Source: a bacterium HR35 (lineage in GTDB: Bacteria; Patescibacteriota; Minisyncoccia; UBA6257; HR35). From it: a stretch of DNA of 64,000 nt. Of the stretch, positions 38,508-48,253 are shown one piece after another. The stretch spans positions 499 through 64,498 of the forward strand of contig BEIL01000004.1 in NCBI GenBank assembly GCA_002898235.1, read 5' to 3'. Both the position numbers and the translations under genes were made by a program. A model generated the notes under the pieces. That model worked only from the letters and a program-made list of their open reading frames with translations. It was not told the origin of the DNA and ran no database searches. Within the stretch, counting starts at the first letter, position 1, and each line of letters opens with the position of its first letter.

Positions 38508-39348
38508 TTGTTTCTTTATAAAATAATTCTCTTAATTTTAAAGTAATTATACCAGGTTTTCCATTATTTATTTTGAAATTGTCTATTTGAACTACTGGCA
38601 AAATTTCTTTGTTGGTAGCCGTTAAAAAACACTCTTGAAAATCTTTAATTTCAGAGATTAGTAATTTTCTTTCTTGATAAGGAAATCTATACTTTTTTAA
38701 GAGATGAAGTATAAATTTTCGAGTAATTCCTTCTAAAATTTTATTTGATGGCGGGGTTATAACTCTTCCTTTGATGACTGCAAAAAAATTAGAAGTTGCT
38801 CCTTCTAAAATTTCTTGATTATTAACCAAAAGAACCTCAGTTGCTTTTTTTCTTTTGGCTTCTTTTAAAAATTTAATAAGCATTGAGTAATTAAGAGATT
38901 TAGCTTGCGGAAAATCGCGATGAAAATTTTTAGTAATAATTTTAACTCCCTTAGAGTAATAACTTTCAGGTAGTTTTTTTAAAGGAGTAATCAAAATATA
39001 AAGATTTGGTTTTTGAGAAAATAAAAAATCATGACTTTCCCCTCCTGTAAGAAATATTCTAATATTAAGTTCTGATTTAAGATGTTTGTTTTTTTTAATT
39101 AAAGTAAAAATTAATTTTTTTAAATAATTAAACTTAAAATTATGTTTAATTCCTAAAATTTTAGCAGATTTAAAAAGTCGCTGGAGATGGTCTTCTAATA
39201 AAAAAGGCTTAAGATTATAAGTTCTTAAAAACTCAAAAACTCCATAACTTCGAGTAAAACCTAAATCAAAAATTGAAATCTTAGCTTGATTATTAATTGC
39301 AAATTTACCTTTAATAAAAGAAATCGGGCTAGTAAAATCTTCTTTCAT
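38494..39348 (-). CDS. Aminotransferase class IV
   Basis: YGVFE, AKSLNY, EGATSNFF and LEGITR motifs. Confidence 0.9.
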   Translation of the reverse strand: MKEDFTSPISFIKGKFAINNQAKISIFDLGFTRSYGVFEFLRTYNLKPFLLEDHLQRLFKSAKILGIKHNFKFNYLKKLIFTLIKKNKHLKSELNIRIFLTGGESHDFLFSQKPNLYILITPLKKLPESYYSKGVKIITKNFHRDFPQAKSLNYSMLIKFLKEAKRKKATEVLLVNNQEILEGATSNFFAVIKGRVITPPSNKILEGITRKFILHLLKKYRFPYQERKLLISEIKDFQECFLTATNKEILPVVQIDNFKINNGKPGIITLKLRELFYKETNERH

Positions 39349-39354
39349 TAAATT

Positions 39355-39612
39355 CTATTTTTCAGATGAAGAAGCGGAAGTGGTTATAAAAAGAGTCGAA
39401 GTTGGATTTTTAATCTCAAAAATAATTTTTGTTCCTGAAGCAATATCTTTAGTTGAAGTTTCAAAATTTAAAATAGTTGAAGTGGATTCAACCGAAATAG
39501 TTGAGGTAGTAGTTGTGGCTAATTTTTCTAAAGGTACTAATTTGTAACCCAAAAGGTCACTTAAAATCAAAGCAAAAAAATAAACTACTCCTTCAACTAT
39601 TTTATTACTCAT
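39355..39612 (-). CDS. Small Ser/Thr-rich hypothetical protein
   Basis: 85 aa; N-terminal hydrophobic segment and S/T-rich tail. Confidence 0.5.
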   Translation of the reverse strand: MSNKIVEGVVYFFALILSDLLGYKLVPLEKLATTTTSTISVESTSTILNFETSTKDIASGTKIIFEIKNPTSTLFITTSASSSEK

Positions 39613-39670
39613 TATTTATTTATATTATACCATATGTTTAATTTTAAAAATAAGTTAAAATTACTCTAGA

Positions 39671-40888
39671 ATGGATTATTTTTCAATCACTTTGAGCATT
39701 TTAAAAAGTCTTGCTTTTAAAGATATTATTGATATTTCTCTTCTTTCCTTTTTTTTAAGTATTTTTATTTACATTATCATCAAAACTCAAAATTTTAATT
39801 TATTAGGCGGGGTTTTAGTTTTCTTAAGTGCTTATTTTGCTTCTTGGATTTTTAATTTAAAACTTCTTAAGGGTTTTTTTGATTATTTTTCTGGAATTTT
39901 AATTTTAATTTTAGTCATTGTCTTTGCTAAAGAGATAAGGATTTTTTTAGAAAAATTGGGAATTCTTTTTAATCAATCACGAAAGTTTAAATTAGTTGCT
40001 AAAAATTCTTTTATTGAAGAAATTATTGAAGCTCTTAATTATTTAGCTAAAAATAAAATAGGAGCTTTGATTGTTTTTCAAAATAAAGTGAATTTAGAAA
40101 ATTTTATCTCTCATCAATTAGAAATTAATTCTTTAATTAAAAAAGAACTTTTAGTTTCAATCTTTAACAAGAATTCTCCTCTTCACGATGGAGCTGTTAT
40201 TTTAGAAAATGACAAAATAAAATATGTCTCTGCTCATCTGCCTTTAGCGGAAAATTATAAATTTAAGCAAAAATTAGGAACAAGGCATCGGGCTGGGGTT
40301 GGCATTACAGAAAAAACTGATGCCTTAAGTCTGATCGTTTCAGAAGAAAATGGAAAAATTTCTTTAGCTAAAGAAGGAAAAATTTATTATGATTTAAGTT
40401 TAGAAAAAATTAAAGAGGAACTTTTAAATTTTTATCAATTATTAGAGAATAAGAATGGTTTTAGGGGTATACTTTCTTTTCTTGACTTTAAAAAAATAAG
40501 AAAAATGTTTTTAATCTATATTTTAAGTTTTTTTCTAATTTTAAGCTATTGGGTTTCTCTTAATTTCAATCGGTCTACAATTCAAAAAACAATTGAAGCT
40601 GGTATTGAATTTAAGAATCTCAATGAAGGTTTGATTGTTTCTAAATTAAATCCTAGTAAAGTTAAAATTTCTCTTCGGGGGCGGGATACTGATTTTAATA
40701 ATCTTAAAGAAAATTCAGTTAAAGTGGTTATTGATTTGAGGGATTCAAGTGAAGGCAATTATTTTTTAAGCTTAAACAAAAAAGATGTTGTTGGACTTAA
40801 AGACGAGTTAGAAATTATAAAGTTTGAACCAGAAAGAATAAGTTTTAAAATAGAAAAATTTAAAAATGAAAATAAATTAGAAAAATAA
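39671..40888 (+). CDS. cdaA: Diadenylate cyclase (CdaA) with C-terminal YbbR/CdaR-like domain
   Basis: Three N-terminal TMs, PLHDGA and GTRHRA motifs, an extra TM, then a V.ISLRG...V.IDL domain. Confidence 0.88.
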   Translation: MDYFSITLSILKSLAFKDIIDISLLSFFLSIFIYIIIKTQNFNLLGGVLVFLSAYFASWIFNLKLLKGFFDYFSGILILILVIVFAKEIRIFLEKLGILFNQSRKFKLVAKNSFIEEIIEALNYLAKNKIGALIVFQNKVNLENFISHQLEINSLIKKELLVSIFNKNSPLHDGAVILENDKIKYVSAHLPLAENYKFKQKLGTRHRAGVGITEKTDALSLIVSEENGKISLAKEGKIYYDLSLEKIKEELLNFYQLLENKNGFRGILSFLDFKKIRKMFLIYILSFFLILSYWVSLNFNRSTIQKTIEAGIEFKNLNEGLIVSKLNPSKVKISLRGRDTDFNNLKENSVKVVIDLRDSSEGNYFLSLNKKDVVGLKDELEIIKFEPERISFKIEKFKNENKLEK

Positions 40889-40890
40889 AA

Positions 40891-42018
40891 ATGGAATTTC
40901 TCTTAAGAGTAAGTGAAATTGTTTTAAAAAGAAAAAATAGAAGATATTTTGAAAAGATTTTTGAAAAGAATCTTAAAAAGAAATTAAAAGAAGAAATTTT
41001 AGAACTTAAAAATTGGGGAGGTGTTTATTTTCTAAAAACTAAAACTGATATTAGTCAACAATTAAAAGAAATTTTTGGCCTTCATAATTTTTCACCTGTT
41101 TTTCGAGTAAAAGATTTAAATGAAGTTTTAGAATTTTTAAAAAATAAAGACTTAGGGAAATTTTTTAATCTTGAAGTTATTCGAGGAGATAAAGATTTTC
41201 CGCTAAACTCAATTCAACTTAAAGAAAAAATAAGAAAATTTTTAGAAGAAGAAAAAGGAATGAGTTATTCTTCCCAAAATTTTGAAAATAAAATTTTTGT
41301 CTATTACAAAAATAAAAATTTTTTTATTTTTTTCGAAAAAGAAAAAGGATTGGGTGGTTTGCCTGTAGGGTCAAGTGGTAGAGGAGTTGCTTTGCTTTCG
41401 ACGGGCTTTGATTCGCCAGTAGCTTCTTTTTTAGCAATGAAAAGAGGATTGAAAATTTATTTTCTTCATTTTCATAGTTATCCTCAAACAAGTTTTGAAT
41501 CATTAGAAAAAGTAAAAAAATTGGTCGGCGTTTTGAATCGCTTTAATTTAGGAAGTCAACTTTATTTAATTAATATTTTGGAAATTCAAAAATTTTATTA
41601 TTTAAACATCCCCCATGAGTATTTAGTTATCTTTTATCGAAGAACAATGATGAGGTTAGCTGAAAAACTTAAAAGCGAACTTGGAGTTGATGCTCTAATT
41701 ACTGGAGAAAGCTTAGGACAAGTAGCTTCTCAAACGATAAAGAATTTAGAAACTATCAGCCAAGCAGTTTCATCTTTAATTTTAAGACCATTGATTTCTT
41801 ATGACAAAGAAGAAATAATTAATCTAGCTAAAAAAATTGGAACCGAAGAAATTTCTCGGCTACCGGGAGAAGATTGCTGTTCTTTATTTATCCCTCCAAA
41901 AGTAAAAACAAGGGCTAATTTAATGGAAGTTATAAAAATTGAAGAGAAAATTAAAGAAAAAATTAAAGAATTAGAAGAAATAGCTTTTAAAAATAAAGAG
42001 AAAATTGTTTATAATTAA
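40891..42018 (+). CDS. thiI: tRNA 4-thiouridine synthase ThiI
   Basis: GGLPVG, LLSTGFDSPVA, GESLGQVASQT and EDCC motifs. Confidence 0.93.
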   Translation: MEFLLRVSEIVLKRKNRRYFEKIFEKNLKKKLKEEILELKNWGGVYFLKTKTDISQQLKEIFGLHNFSPVFRVKDLNEVLEFLKNKDLGKFFNLEVIRGDKDFPLNSIQLKEKIRKFLEEEKGMSYSSQNFENKIFVYYKNKNFFIFFEKEKGLGGLPVGSSGRGVALLSTGFDSPVASFLAMKRGLKIYFLHFHSYPQTSFESLEKVKKLVGVLNRFNLGSQLYLINILEIQKFYYLNIPHEYLVIFYRRTMMRLAEKLKSELGVDALITGESLGQVASQTIKNLETISQAVSSLILRPLISYDKEEIINLAKKIGTEEISRLPGEDCCSLFIPPKVKTRANLMEVIKIEEKIKEKIKELEEIAFKNKEKIVYN

Positions 42019-42022
42019 TTTA

Positions 42023-43414
42023 ATGAATTTTAAAAATTTAACCATCCAGGAGTTCAAAAATTTAGTTTTAAACAATAATCCTTTTGATGTTTATGAAAAA
42101 TATTTTGAATTTTTAAGAGAGGAAGATGTTGATTTAAAATCTTTTCTTTTTTTTACTGAAGATTTAGCTTTTAAACTCTTAGAAGAACTAAAAAACAAAG
42201 ATAAAGAATTGCCTTTGTGGGGAGTGCCTTTAGCTGTTAAAGATAATATTTTAGTGAAGGGAGAAAGATGTACTGCAGGTTCAAAAATCTTAGAAAATTA
42301 TCTTGCTGTTTATGATGCTACTGTTATTGAAAAATTAAAGGAAGCTGGAGCTATTATTATTGGTAAAACTAATCTTGATGAATTTGCTATGGGCTCTTCA
42401 ACTGAAAATTCAGCTTATTTTCCTACTTTAAATCCTTTTGATCATACTCGAGTTCCTGGAGGTTCTTCTGGTGGTTCAGCAGCAGCTGTTGGTGGTGGAT
42501 TGGTTCCAATTGCCTTAGGCTCTGATACTGGTGGTTCGATTAGACAACCTGCAGGCTTTTGCGGTGTTTATGGTTTAAAACCAACTTATTCAGCTGTTTC
42601 TCGATACGGTTTAATAGCTATGGCTTCTTCTCTTGATGTGATTGGACCTTTTGCTCGAAAATTAGAAGACATAGAATTAATCTTTAAGATAATTAGAGGA
42701 AGAGATGAAAAAGATAGCACTACTCAAAATTATCAGCCAAAAATTAAAGAGGTTAAAAAAATTGGAGTTCCTCAAGAAGTTTTCGAGATGGGAGTAGATG
42801 AAAGAATCAAAAATCTTTTAGAAAAATTTTTAGATAATTTAAAAATTAATTATGAAATTAAAAAAATTTCTCTTCCTTCTCTTCCTTATGCTTTACCTAC
42901 TTATTATATAGTAATGACAGCTGAAGTAAGCTCCAATTTGGCTCGTTATGATGGAATTAGATATGGTTTTTCTTATAAAACACAAGATTTATGGGAAAAA
43001 TATTTTAAATCAAGAGAATATGGATTAGGCGATGAAGTTAAAAGAAGAATTCTTTTAGGTACTTTTGTTTTATCTTATGGTTATTATGATGCTTATTATA
43101 AACAAGCTTTAAAGGCTCGTCGTTTTATCTTTGAAGATTTTCAAAAAGCTTTTAATGAAGTTGATTTAATCTTAATGCCTACTTCACCAACTTTACCTTT
43201 TAAATTAGGAGAAAAAACCGAAGATCCTTTAGCGATGTATCTTTCTGATATCTTTACTGTACCTATTAATTTAGCTTATTTACCAGCCCTTTCTTTTAAT
43301 TTGGGCTTTGTCGAAGAAGAAGGTAAAAAGCTGCCTGTTGGCGTTCAACTTGTTGCTAACCTTTTTGAGGAAGAAACTATTTTCAACTTTTTAAGAAAAA
43401 TAGGCTTTGAATAA
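42023..43414 (+). CDS. gatA: Glu/Asp-tRNA amidotransferase subunit A
   Basis: KDN, GGSSGGS, GSDTGGSIRQPA and SSNLARYDG motifs. Confidence 0.96.
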   Translation: MNFKNLTIQEFKNLVLNNNPFDVYEKYFEFLREEDVDLKSFLFFTEDLAFKLLEELKNKDKELPLWGVPLAVKDNILVKGERCTAGSKILENYLAVYDATVIEKLKEAGAIIIGKTNLDEFAMGSSTENSAYFPTLNPFDHTRVPGGSSGGSAAAVGGGLVPIALGSDTGGSIRQPAGFCGVYGLKPTYSAVSRYGLIAMASSLDVIGPFARKLEDIELIFKIIRGRDEKDSTTQNYQPKIKEVKKIGVPQEVFEMGVDERIKNLLEKFLDNLKINYEIKKISLPSLPYALPTYYIVMTAEVSSNLARYDGIRYGFSYKTQDLWEKYFKSREYGLGDEVKRRILLGTFVLSYGYYDAYYKQALKARRFIFEDFQKAFNEVDLILMPTSPTLPFKLGEKTEDPLAMYLSDIFTVPINLAYLPALSFNLGFVEEEGKKLPVGVQLVANLFEEETIFNFLRKIGFE

Positions 43415-43950
43415 TGTTAATTGAAGAAACAGTTTTTAAATTTTTTTTAGACAATTTTTCAACAATTAAAGCTATTATCTTTTTTGCCTCTTTGATTTAT
43501 TCTTTAAATCTTCTTCTATTTTGGCTTTATTTAGAAATCAAAAATCAAGATGAGATTGGTTTTTGGATTGGTTTGTTTGAAATAATTAAATATTATCGCC
43601 GAGTTAAAGATAAAAAATTAAATTATGAAGAAGTAAAAAAGGTTTATTTAGAAAATCATTTTAATGGTTTGATAGCTTTAAAAAAATTTTTTTTAGAAGT
43701 TATTGAAATTTTCGGTTTTCAAGGAAAAGATGTTGAAGAAAAAATAAAAAATATTCCTAATGAAGACCTTCCTAATAAAGAAGATGTTCTTAAGGCTATT
43801 AAAATAATTAGTTTATTAGAAAAACAACCGAGGAGTGATTTAAAGGAAGAAGAAATAGAACTTATTTATTCAACTTTAGAAAAAGCTCTTTATTATTTAA
43901 ATGTTATTGAGAAAGAAGATTTTCTGGTAACTTCCCGAGTTTTACTCTAA
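43414..43950 (+). CDS. Hypothetical membrane-anchored protein
   Basis: 178 aa with an N-terminal TM; translationally coupled to gatA. Confidence 0.6.
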   Translation: MLIEETVFKFFLDNFSTIKAIIFFASLIYSLNLLLFWLYLEIKNQDEIGFWIGLFEIIKYYRRVKDKKLNYEEVKKVYLENHFNGLIALKKFFLEVIEIFGFQGKDVEEKIKNIPNEDLPNKEDVLKAIKIISLLEKQPRSDLKEEEIELIYSTLEKALYYLNVIEKEDFLVTSRVLL

Positions 43951-45214
43951 TTTCTAAAATTTTTCCTTGACGCCAGACTTTTAAATTAACTACTTGACCA
44001 ACTTTTTTCTTTCTTATTATTTGAGCTAAAGTATTTTGAGTTGTTATTTTCTCACCATCAACCTCTAAAATAATATCTCCCTCTTGAAGTCCTGATTGTT
44101 CAGCTGGAGAATTAGGAATTATTGCTTTTTCTGATTTAAGTTCGGTATAAATATAAGCTCCATAATCAAATGGCAAATTGAATTTTTCTTTAACTTTATC
44201 ATCAATTAAAAGGTATTTTATTCCTAAAAAGGGTATTTCAATTTTTCCTTGTGTTTGCCAATCTTCAATCATTCTTTTAGCTCGATTAATTGGAATAGCA
44301 AAACCAATATTCTGAGCTCCAGAAACAATAGCGGTATTAATGCCAACAACTTCTCCATAGATATTAATCAAAGGACCACCAGAATTACCATAATTAATAG
44401 CTGCGTCTGTTTGAATTAAACCTTCTAATCTTTCTACTTTACCAGAAGAATCAGAAGCTACTATATTTCTTTTAAGACCAGAAATTACTCCAAAACTAAC
44501 AGTATTTTGAAATTCCCCTAAAGCATTACCAATAGCAATAACAAATTGTCCAATTTGTAAATTATCTGAATCACCTAATCTTAAAGTTGGTAAATTTTGA
44601 GCATCAATTTTAATCAAAGCAATATCATCAATCGGATGTTTAACTAAAACTCGAGCTTTAAATTTTCTGCCATCATTCAAATAAACTGTATATTCGGCTT
44701 TCTCGTCATCAACGACATGTTTATTAGTTAAAATTAAACCATCGCTGGAAATTATAAAACCAGTACCTCCACCGATTTCTTGCTTTTGATAACCTTTAGT
44801 TCGATACTGAGGAACTTCAAATTCAAATTTAAAAAATGGCTCTAATTCTGGAGGTAAATCGAATTCCTTAAATGGATTGGAATAATATTCTTCAATAATT
44901 GGGACATATTTACTAATAACAATGCTAACTACAGCGGGTGATGCTTTTTTAACTATATCGGTTATTTCTGATTCTAAATAAGGTAAAAGGAGTAAACTAG
45001 AGGTTCTTTGAGAAAAAGATGATGGTTTTAAAAATTGAGGAGAGGTTGAGGTTTGAAAACTGCTAGTCGGAGAGGATTTAAAAAAATTTAAAAAGTTTTC
45101 AAAAATATCATTAACTTGAGAAAGAAAATTTTGACTACTAAAAGTAAAAGAAAAGGCAAAAAATCCAAAAATAAATAATAAAAGTGGAATTAATAATTTT
45201 TTTCTCATTGCCAT
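43904..45214 (-). CDS. htrA: HtrA/DegP-like serine protease with PDZ domain
   Basis: GTGFII, TNKHV and DAAINYGNSGGPL motifs; C-terminal PDZ. Confidence 0.93.
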   Translation of the reverse strand: MAMRKKLLIPLLLFIFGFFAFSFTFSSQNFLSQVNDIFENFLNFFKSSPTSSFQTSTSPQFLKPSSFSQRTSSLLLLPYLESEITDIVKKASPAVVSIVISKYVPIIEEYYSNPFKEFDLPPELEPFFKFEFEVPQYRTKGYQKQEIGGGTGFIISSDGLILTNKHVVDDEKAEYTVYLNDGRKFKARVLVKHPIDDIALIKIDAQNLPTLRLGDSDNLQIGQFVIAIGNALGEFQNTVSFGVISGLKRNIVASDSSGKVERLEGLIQTDAAINYGNSGGPLINIYGEVVGINTAIVSGAQNIGFAIPINRAKRMIEDWQTQGKIEIPFLGIKYLLIDDKVKEKFNLPFDYGAYIYTELKSEKAIIPNSPAEQSGLQEGDIILEVDGEKITTQNTLAQIIRKKKVGQVVNLKVWRQGKILEIRVKLGKLPENLLSQ

Positions 45215-45225
45215 TTTTTATTATA

Positions 45226-46386
45226 TCACAAAATTTTTTTGAGAAGACTAACTAAATAATCAATATCTTCAAAATTTGTTTCTAATCCGAAAGAAAAGCG
45301 AAGACTTCTTTTAGCTCTTTCTTTGCTTTTAAAAACTTCAGCTACCATATAGCTTGGCTCAGCTGATCTTGATTTGCAAGCTGTTCCTGGAGAAACATAA
45401 ACCCCATTTAAATCAAGATAAAGAAAAATTTCTTCAGCTGTTTTTGAAGGAAAATAAAGATTAAGAATTTTAGGCGAAGAATTTTCTAAATTAGTATTAA
45501 CTTCAAAAGTTATCTTTTCTTCTTGTAATCTTTTAAGAAAGTAATCTCGAATTTCTATAAAATGATTTTTATTTTTTTCTCTTTCTTGATAAGCTAACTC
45601 AAAGGCTTTTGCAAAACCAACAATTAAAGGAACAGCTTCAGTTCCTCCTCGAAGGTCAAATTCGTGGCCTGAACCAGAAATTAGCCTCAAAAGTGGTGTG
45701 CCTAATTTTAAATAAAGAGCAGCTATTCCTTTTGGTCCATAAATTTTATGAGAAGAAAGGGTCATTAAATCACATTTTAATTTTTTAACATCTAATTCTT
45801 CGGTTAAACCCGCTTGAGCAGCATCAAGATGATAAAAAATTTTCCTTTCTCTCTGTTTATTAATTTTTTCAAGTAGATTACCGATTTCTTCTACTTTTTG
45901 TCTATTACCCAATTCGCTATTAATATAGTGAAGACTAACTAAAACCGTATTTTCCTTAAGATTTTCAATTATTGATTGAGGATTGATTAAACCATTTTTT
46001 TCGGGAGCAAGATAAATAACTTCTGCTATTTCTAAATTTTCTAAATCAGCTAAAGGGTCAAGAACTGATGGATGCTCAATGGAAGAAGTGATTATCTGAA
46101 CCTTCTTATAATTAGCTTTAAAGTAAAAATAAAAAACTAGGCCTTTCAAAGCATAATTATTGGCTTCCGTTGAAGAAGCTGTAAAGATAATTTCGCGAAA
46201 ATCATCAGCATTTAAAATTTCTTTTATTTTATTTCGAGCTTCGTCAACTGCTTTCAAAGCTTTTTGTCCAAAAGAATGTAGGCTAACAGGATTAGCAAAG
46301 ATTTCTTGAAAATAAACTTCCATTGCCTCTCGAGCTTCCTTTCTTAAAGGAGTGGTGGCAGCGTAATCTAAATAAACCTCTCTCAT
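45226..46386 (-). CDS. iscS: Cysteine desulfurase (IscS/NifS family)
   Basis: YLDYAATTP, SSHKIYGPKG and GTAC motifs. Confidence 0.9.
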   Translation of the reverse strand: MREVYLDYAATTPLRKEAREAMEVYFQEIFANPVSLHSFGQKALKAVDEARNKIKEILNADDFREIIFTASSTEANNYALKGLVFYFYFKANYKKVQIITSSIEHPSVLDPLADLENLEIAEVIYLAPEKNGLINPQSIIENLKENTVLVSLHYINSELGNRQKVEEIGNLLEKINKQRERKIFYHLDAAQAGLTEELDVKKLKCDLMTLSSHKIYGPKGIAALYLKLGTPLLRLISGSGHEFDLRGGTEAVPLIVGFAKAFELAYQEREKNKNHFIEIRDYFLKRLQEEKITFEVNTNLENSSPKILNLYFPSKTAEEIFLYLDLNGVYVSPGTACKSRSAEPSYMVAEVFKSKERAKRSLRFSFGLETNFEDIDYLVSLLKKIL

Positions 46387-46387
46387 T

Positions 46388-47560
46388 TTAAAATGGTAAT
46401 AAATTGCTAAAAAATCTTTTTAAGCTTGAAAGAATTTCTTTAAAAGTATCTTCTTTTTCACTATATTTTACCAAAAACAAAGTATTTCCCCAAGCATTTA
46501 AATAAATCAGATCTTCTTCTTTTAATTCTTTTTTTAAATCAACAGCTTTTTTAACCGGGGTTTTTAAAATTTTTCTTAAACTTATTTCTATTTCTGGGAA
46601 AAAAGAAATACCTCCTAAAAGATAAATGCCTCCTAATATTGGTCCTTGATGCTTTAGTTTGTCAATGGTTTCTATTAATCCGTGTTTTCTAAAAAGAAAA
46701 TTAATTTTTTTCTCTAAAAGTTTTTTCCAAGATTGATAAGAAATTTTGTTTTTTCCTAATTTAAAATTTTTCTTCTGATTAACATCTTTCAAATTTTTTA
46801 AAAAGCTAAAAAGTTCTTCTGGATTAAGATTATATTCATTTAAAAAATCACTTAAGATATTTTCTAAACCAAAGGGAAAAACTTGAAAGTGATTTATAGC
46901 TCCTTGATAAAAGTAAACTAAACTAACTGTTTGAAATCCAAAATCTATTAAAACCGAACCTTCTTCTTTGTTTTTTTGATCAAGAACGCTTAAAGATGCT
47001 CCGAGAGGATTAGGTAAAAAAACTTCGATTGAGATTTTATTATCTTTAAAAATCTCTAAAAGTTTAAGAAAAAAACCTTTAAAAACTTGAATAACTCCAA
47101 GTTCAACTTCTAAATACCGAGCTTCTAATCCTAAAGGATTTCTAACAGGAGTATTTGAGCCATCAAGATAAAATTTACTTGCTTCTTCGTAAATTATTTC
47201 TTGAGATGAAGAAATTAAGGAAGTTTTTCCTAATTGCTTACATTTTTTAATATCATTTTCTTCAACATATCTACTATCAACTAAAGATTTTGGTCTTATT
47301 TTTTGAAAAGTAAAAGTTGAAGAAGAAAAAGAAAGACAAATTCTATTTTTTTTACTTTTAAAGTTTTCCAAAAAATCAACTAAAAAATTAATTACTTCGT
47401 TTAAAAAGTCATCTTCGCTAATTATTTCTCCATTGCGAAAAGAGGAGATTTCTTTATTAAGAGTGGTTAAAATTTTAACTTCGCCTAGTTGATCGCTTTC
47501 TGCTAAACATAATTTTAGAAGTTTACTCCCTAAATCAATTCCTAAAATTCTTTCATTCAT
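46388..47560 (-). CDS. ftsA: Cell division protein FtsA-like
   Basis: GIDLGS, NPLG, LIDFG and LLGG actin-fold motifs; divergent. Confidence 0.7.
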   Translation of the reverse strand: MNERILGIDLGSKLLKLCLAESDQLGEVKILTTLNKEISSFRNGEIISEDDFLNEVINFLVDFLENFKSKKNRICLSFSSSTFTFQKIRPKSLVDSRYVEENDIKKCKQLGKTSLISSSQEIIYEEASKFYLDGSNTPVRNPLGLEARYLEVELGVIQVFKGFFLKLLEIFKDNKISIEVFLPNPLGASLSVLDQKNKEEGSVLIDFGFQTVSLVYFYQGAINHFQVFPFGLENILSDFLNEYNLNPEELFSFLKNLKDVNQKKNFKLGKNKISYQSWKKLLEKKINFLFRKHGLIETIDKLKHQGPILGGIYLLGGISFFPEIEISLRKILKTPVKKAVDLKKELKEEDLIYLNAWGNTLFLVKYSEKEDTFKEILSSLKRFFSNLLPF

Positions 47561-47841
47561 TAATCTTCTCTACCTGAATATTTAATGTAATTAATATATC
47601 TTTTCCCTAATTCGTAGGCTTTACTAAAAGGCATTCCTTCTTTTATTTTTTGTTTAATAAAACTAGATAGTTTTAATCGATAAAGACGAGCTTCCCATTT
47701 TCTTCTTTCGTTTGGTTTTCGCTGACGATACATTTTTTCTTTGATTTCTAAAGCTAAGCCACTTTTAGCATATCGATTAAGAAATCTTTTTAAAAATTGG
47801 CTTAAAGATTCGCCTTCTTTTCTTTTAGCTTTAACTCTCAT
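47560..47841 (-). CDS. rpsU: 30S ribosomal protein S21-like
   Basis: Basic; KRKEGESL...LKRF...SG pattern. Confidence 0.65.
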   Translation of the reverse strand: MRVKAKRKEGESLSQFLKRFLNRYAKSGLALEIKEKMYRQRKPNERRKWEARLYRLKLSSFIKQKIKEGMPFSKAYELGKRYINYIKYSGRED

Positions 47842-48253
47842 TTTTAACTTTCAAGATTTTTTGATAAATTGCCGACAAGTCTTCTTCGGGTTTATTATAA
47901 ACAACTGAATGAATAGAACCGCCTTTATCATTAGGAAAACGAGGAAGAAAATGAATATGAAGATGGTCGATTGTTTGACCAGCTAAACTTCCTTGATTAA
48001 TTCCAATGGTGAAATGTTCTGTTTTAAAAGCTTTACTTAAAAGAAAAGCAGTTTTTTTAGCAATTTTAACAAATTCCTCCCCTAAGTTTTCTGGTAATTC
48101 AGATAAATTTTTAAAATGATTTTTAGGAATAAGCAAAGTATGACCAGGAGCATGGGGATGAATATCTAAAAAAGCTAAAAAATTTTCTGACTCTTCAATA
48201 ATATAACTTTCAATTTGTCTCGTAGCTATTTTACAAAAAACACAATCAGACAT
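47831..48253 (-). CDS. HIT family hydrolase
   Basis: CVFC, GHTL and HLHIHFLPR motifs. Confidence 0.93.
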   Translation of the reverse strand: MSDCVFCKIATRQIESYIIEESENFLAFLDIHPHAPGHTLLIPKNHFKNLSELPENLGEEFVKIAKKTAFLLSKAFKTEHFTIGINQGSLAGQTIDHLHIHFLPRFPNDKGGSIHSVVYNKPEEDLSAIYQKILKVKNES

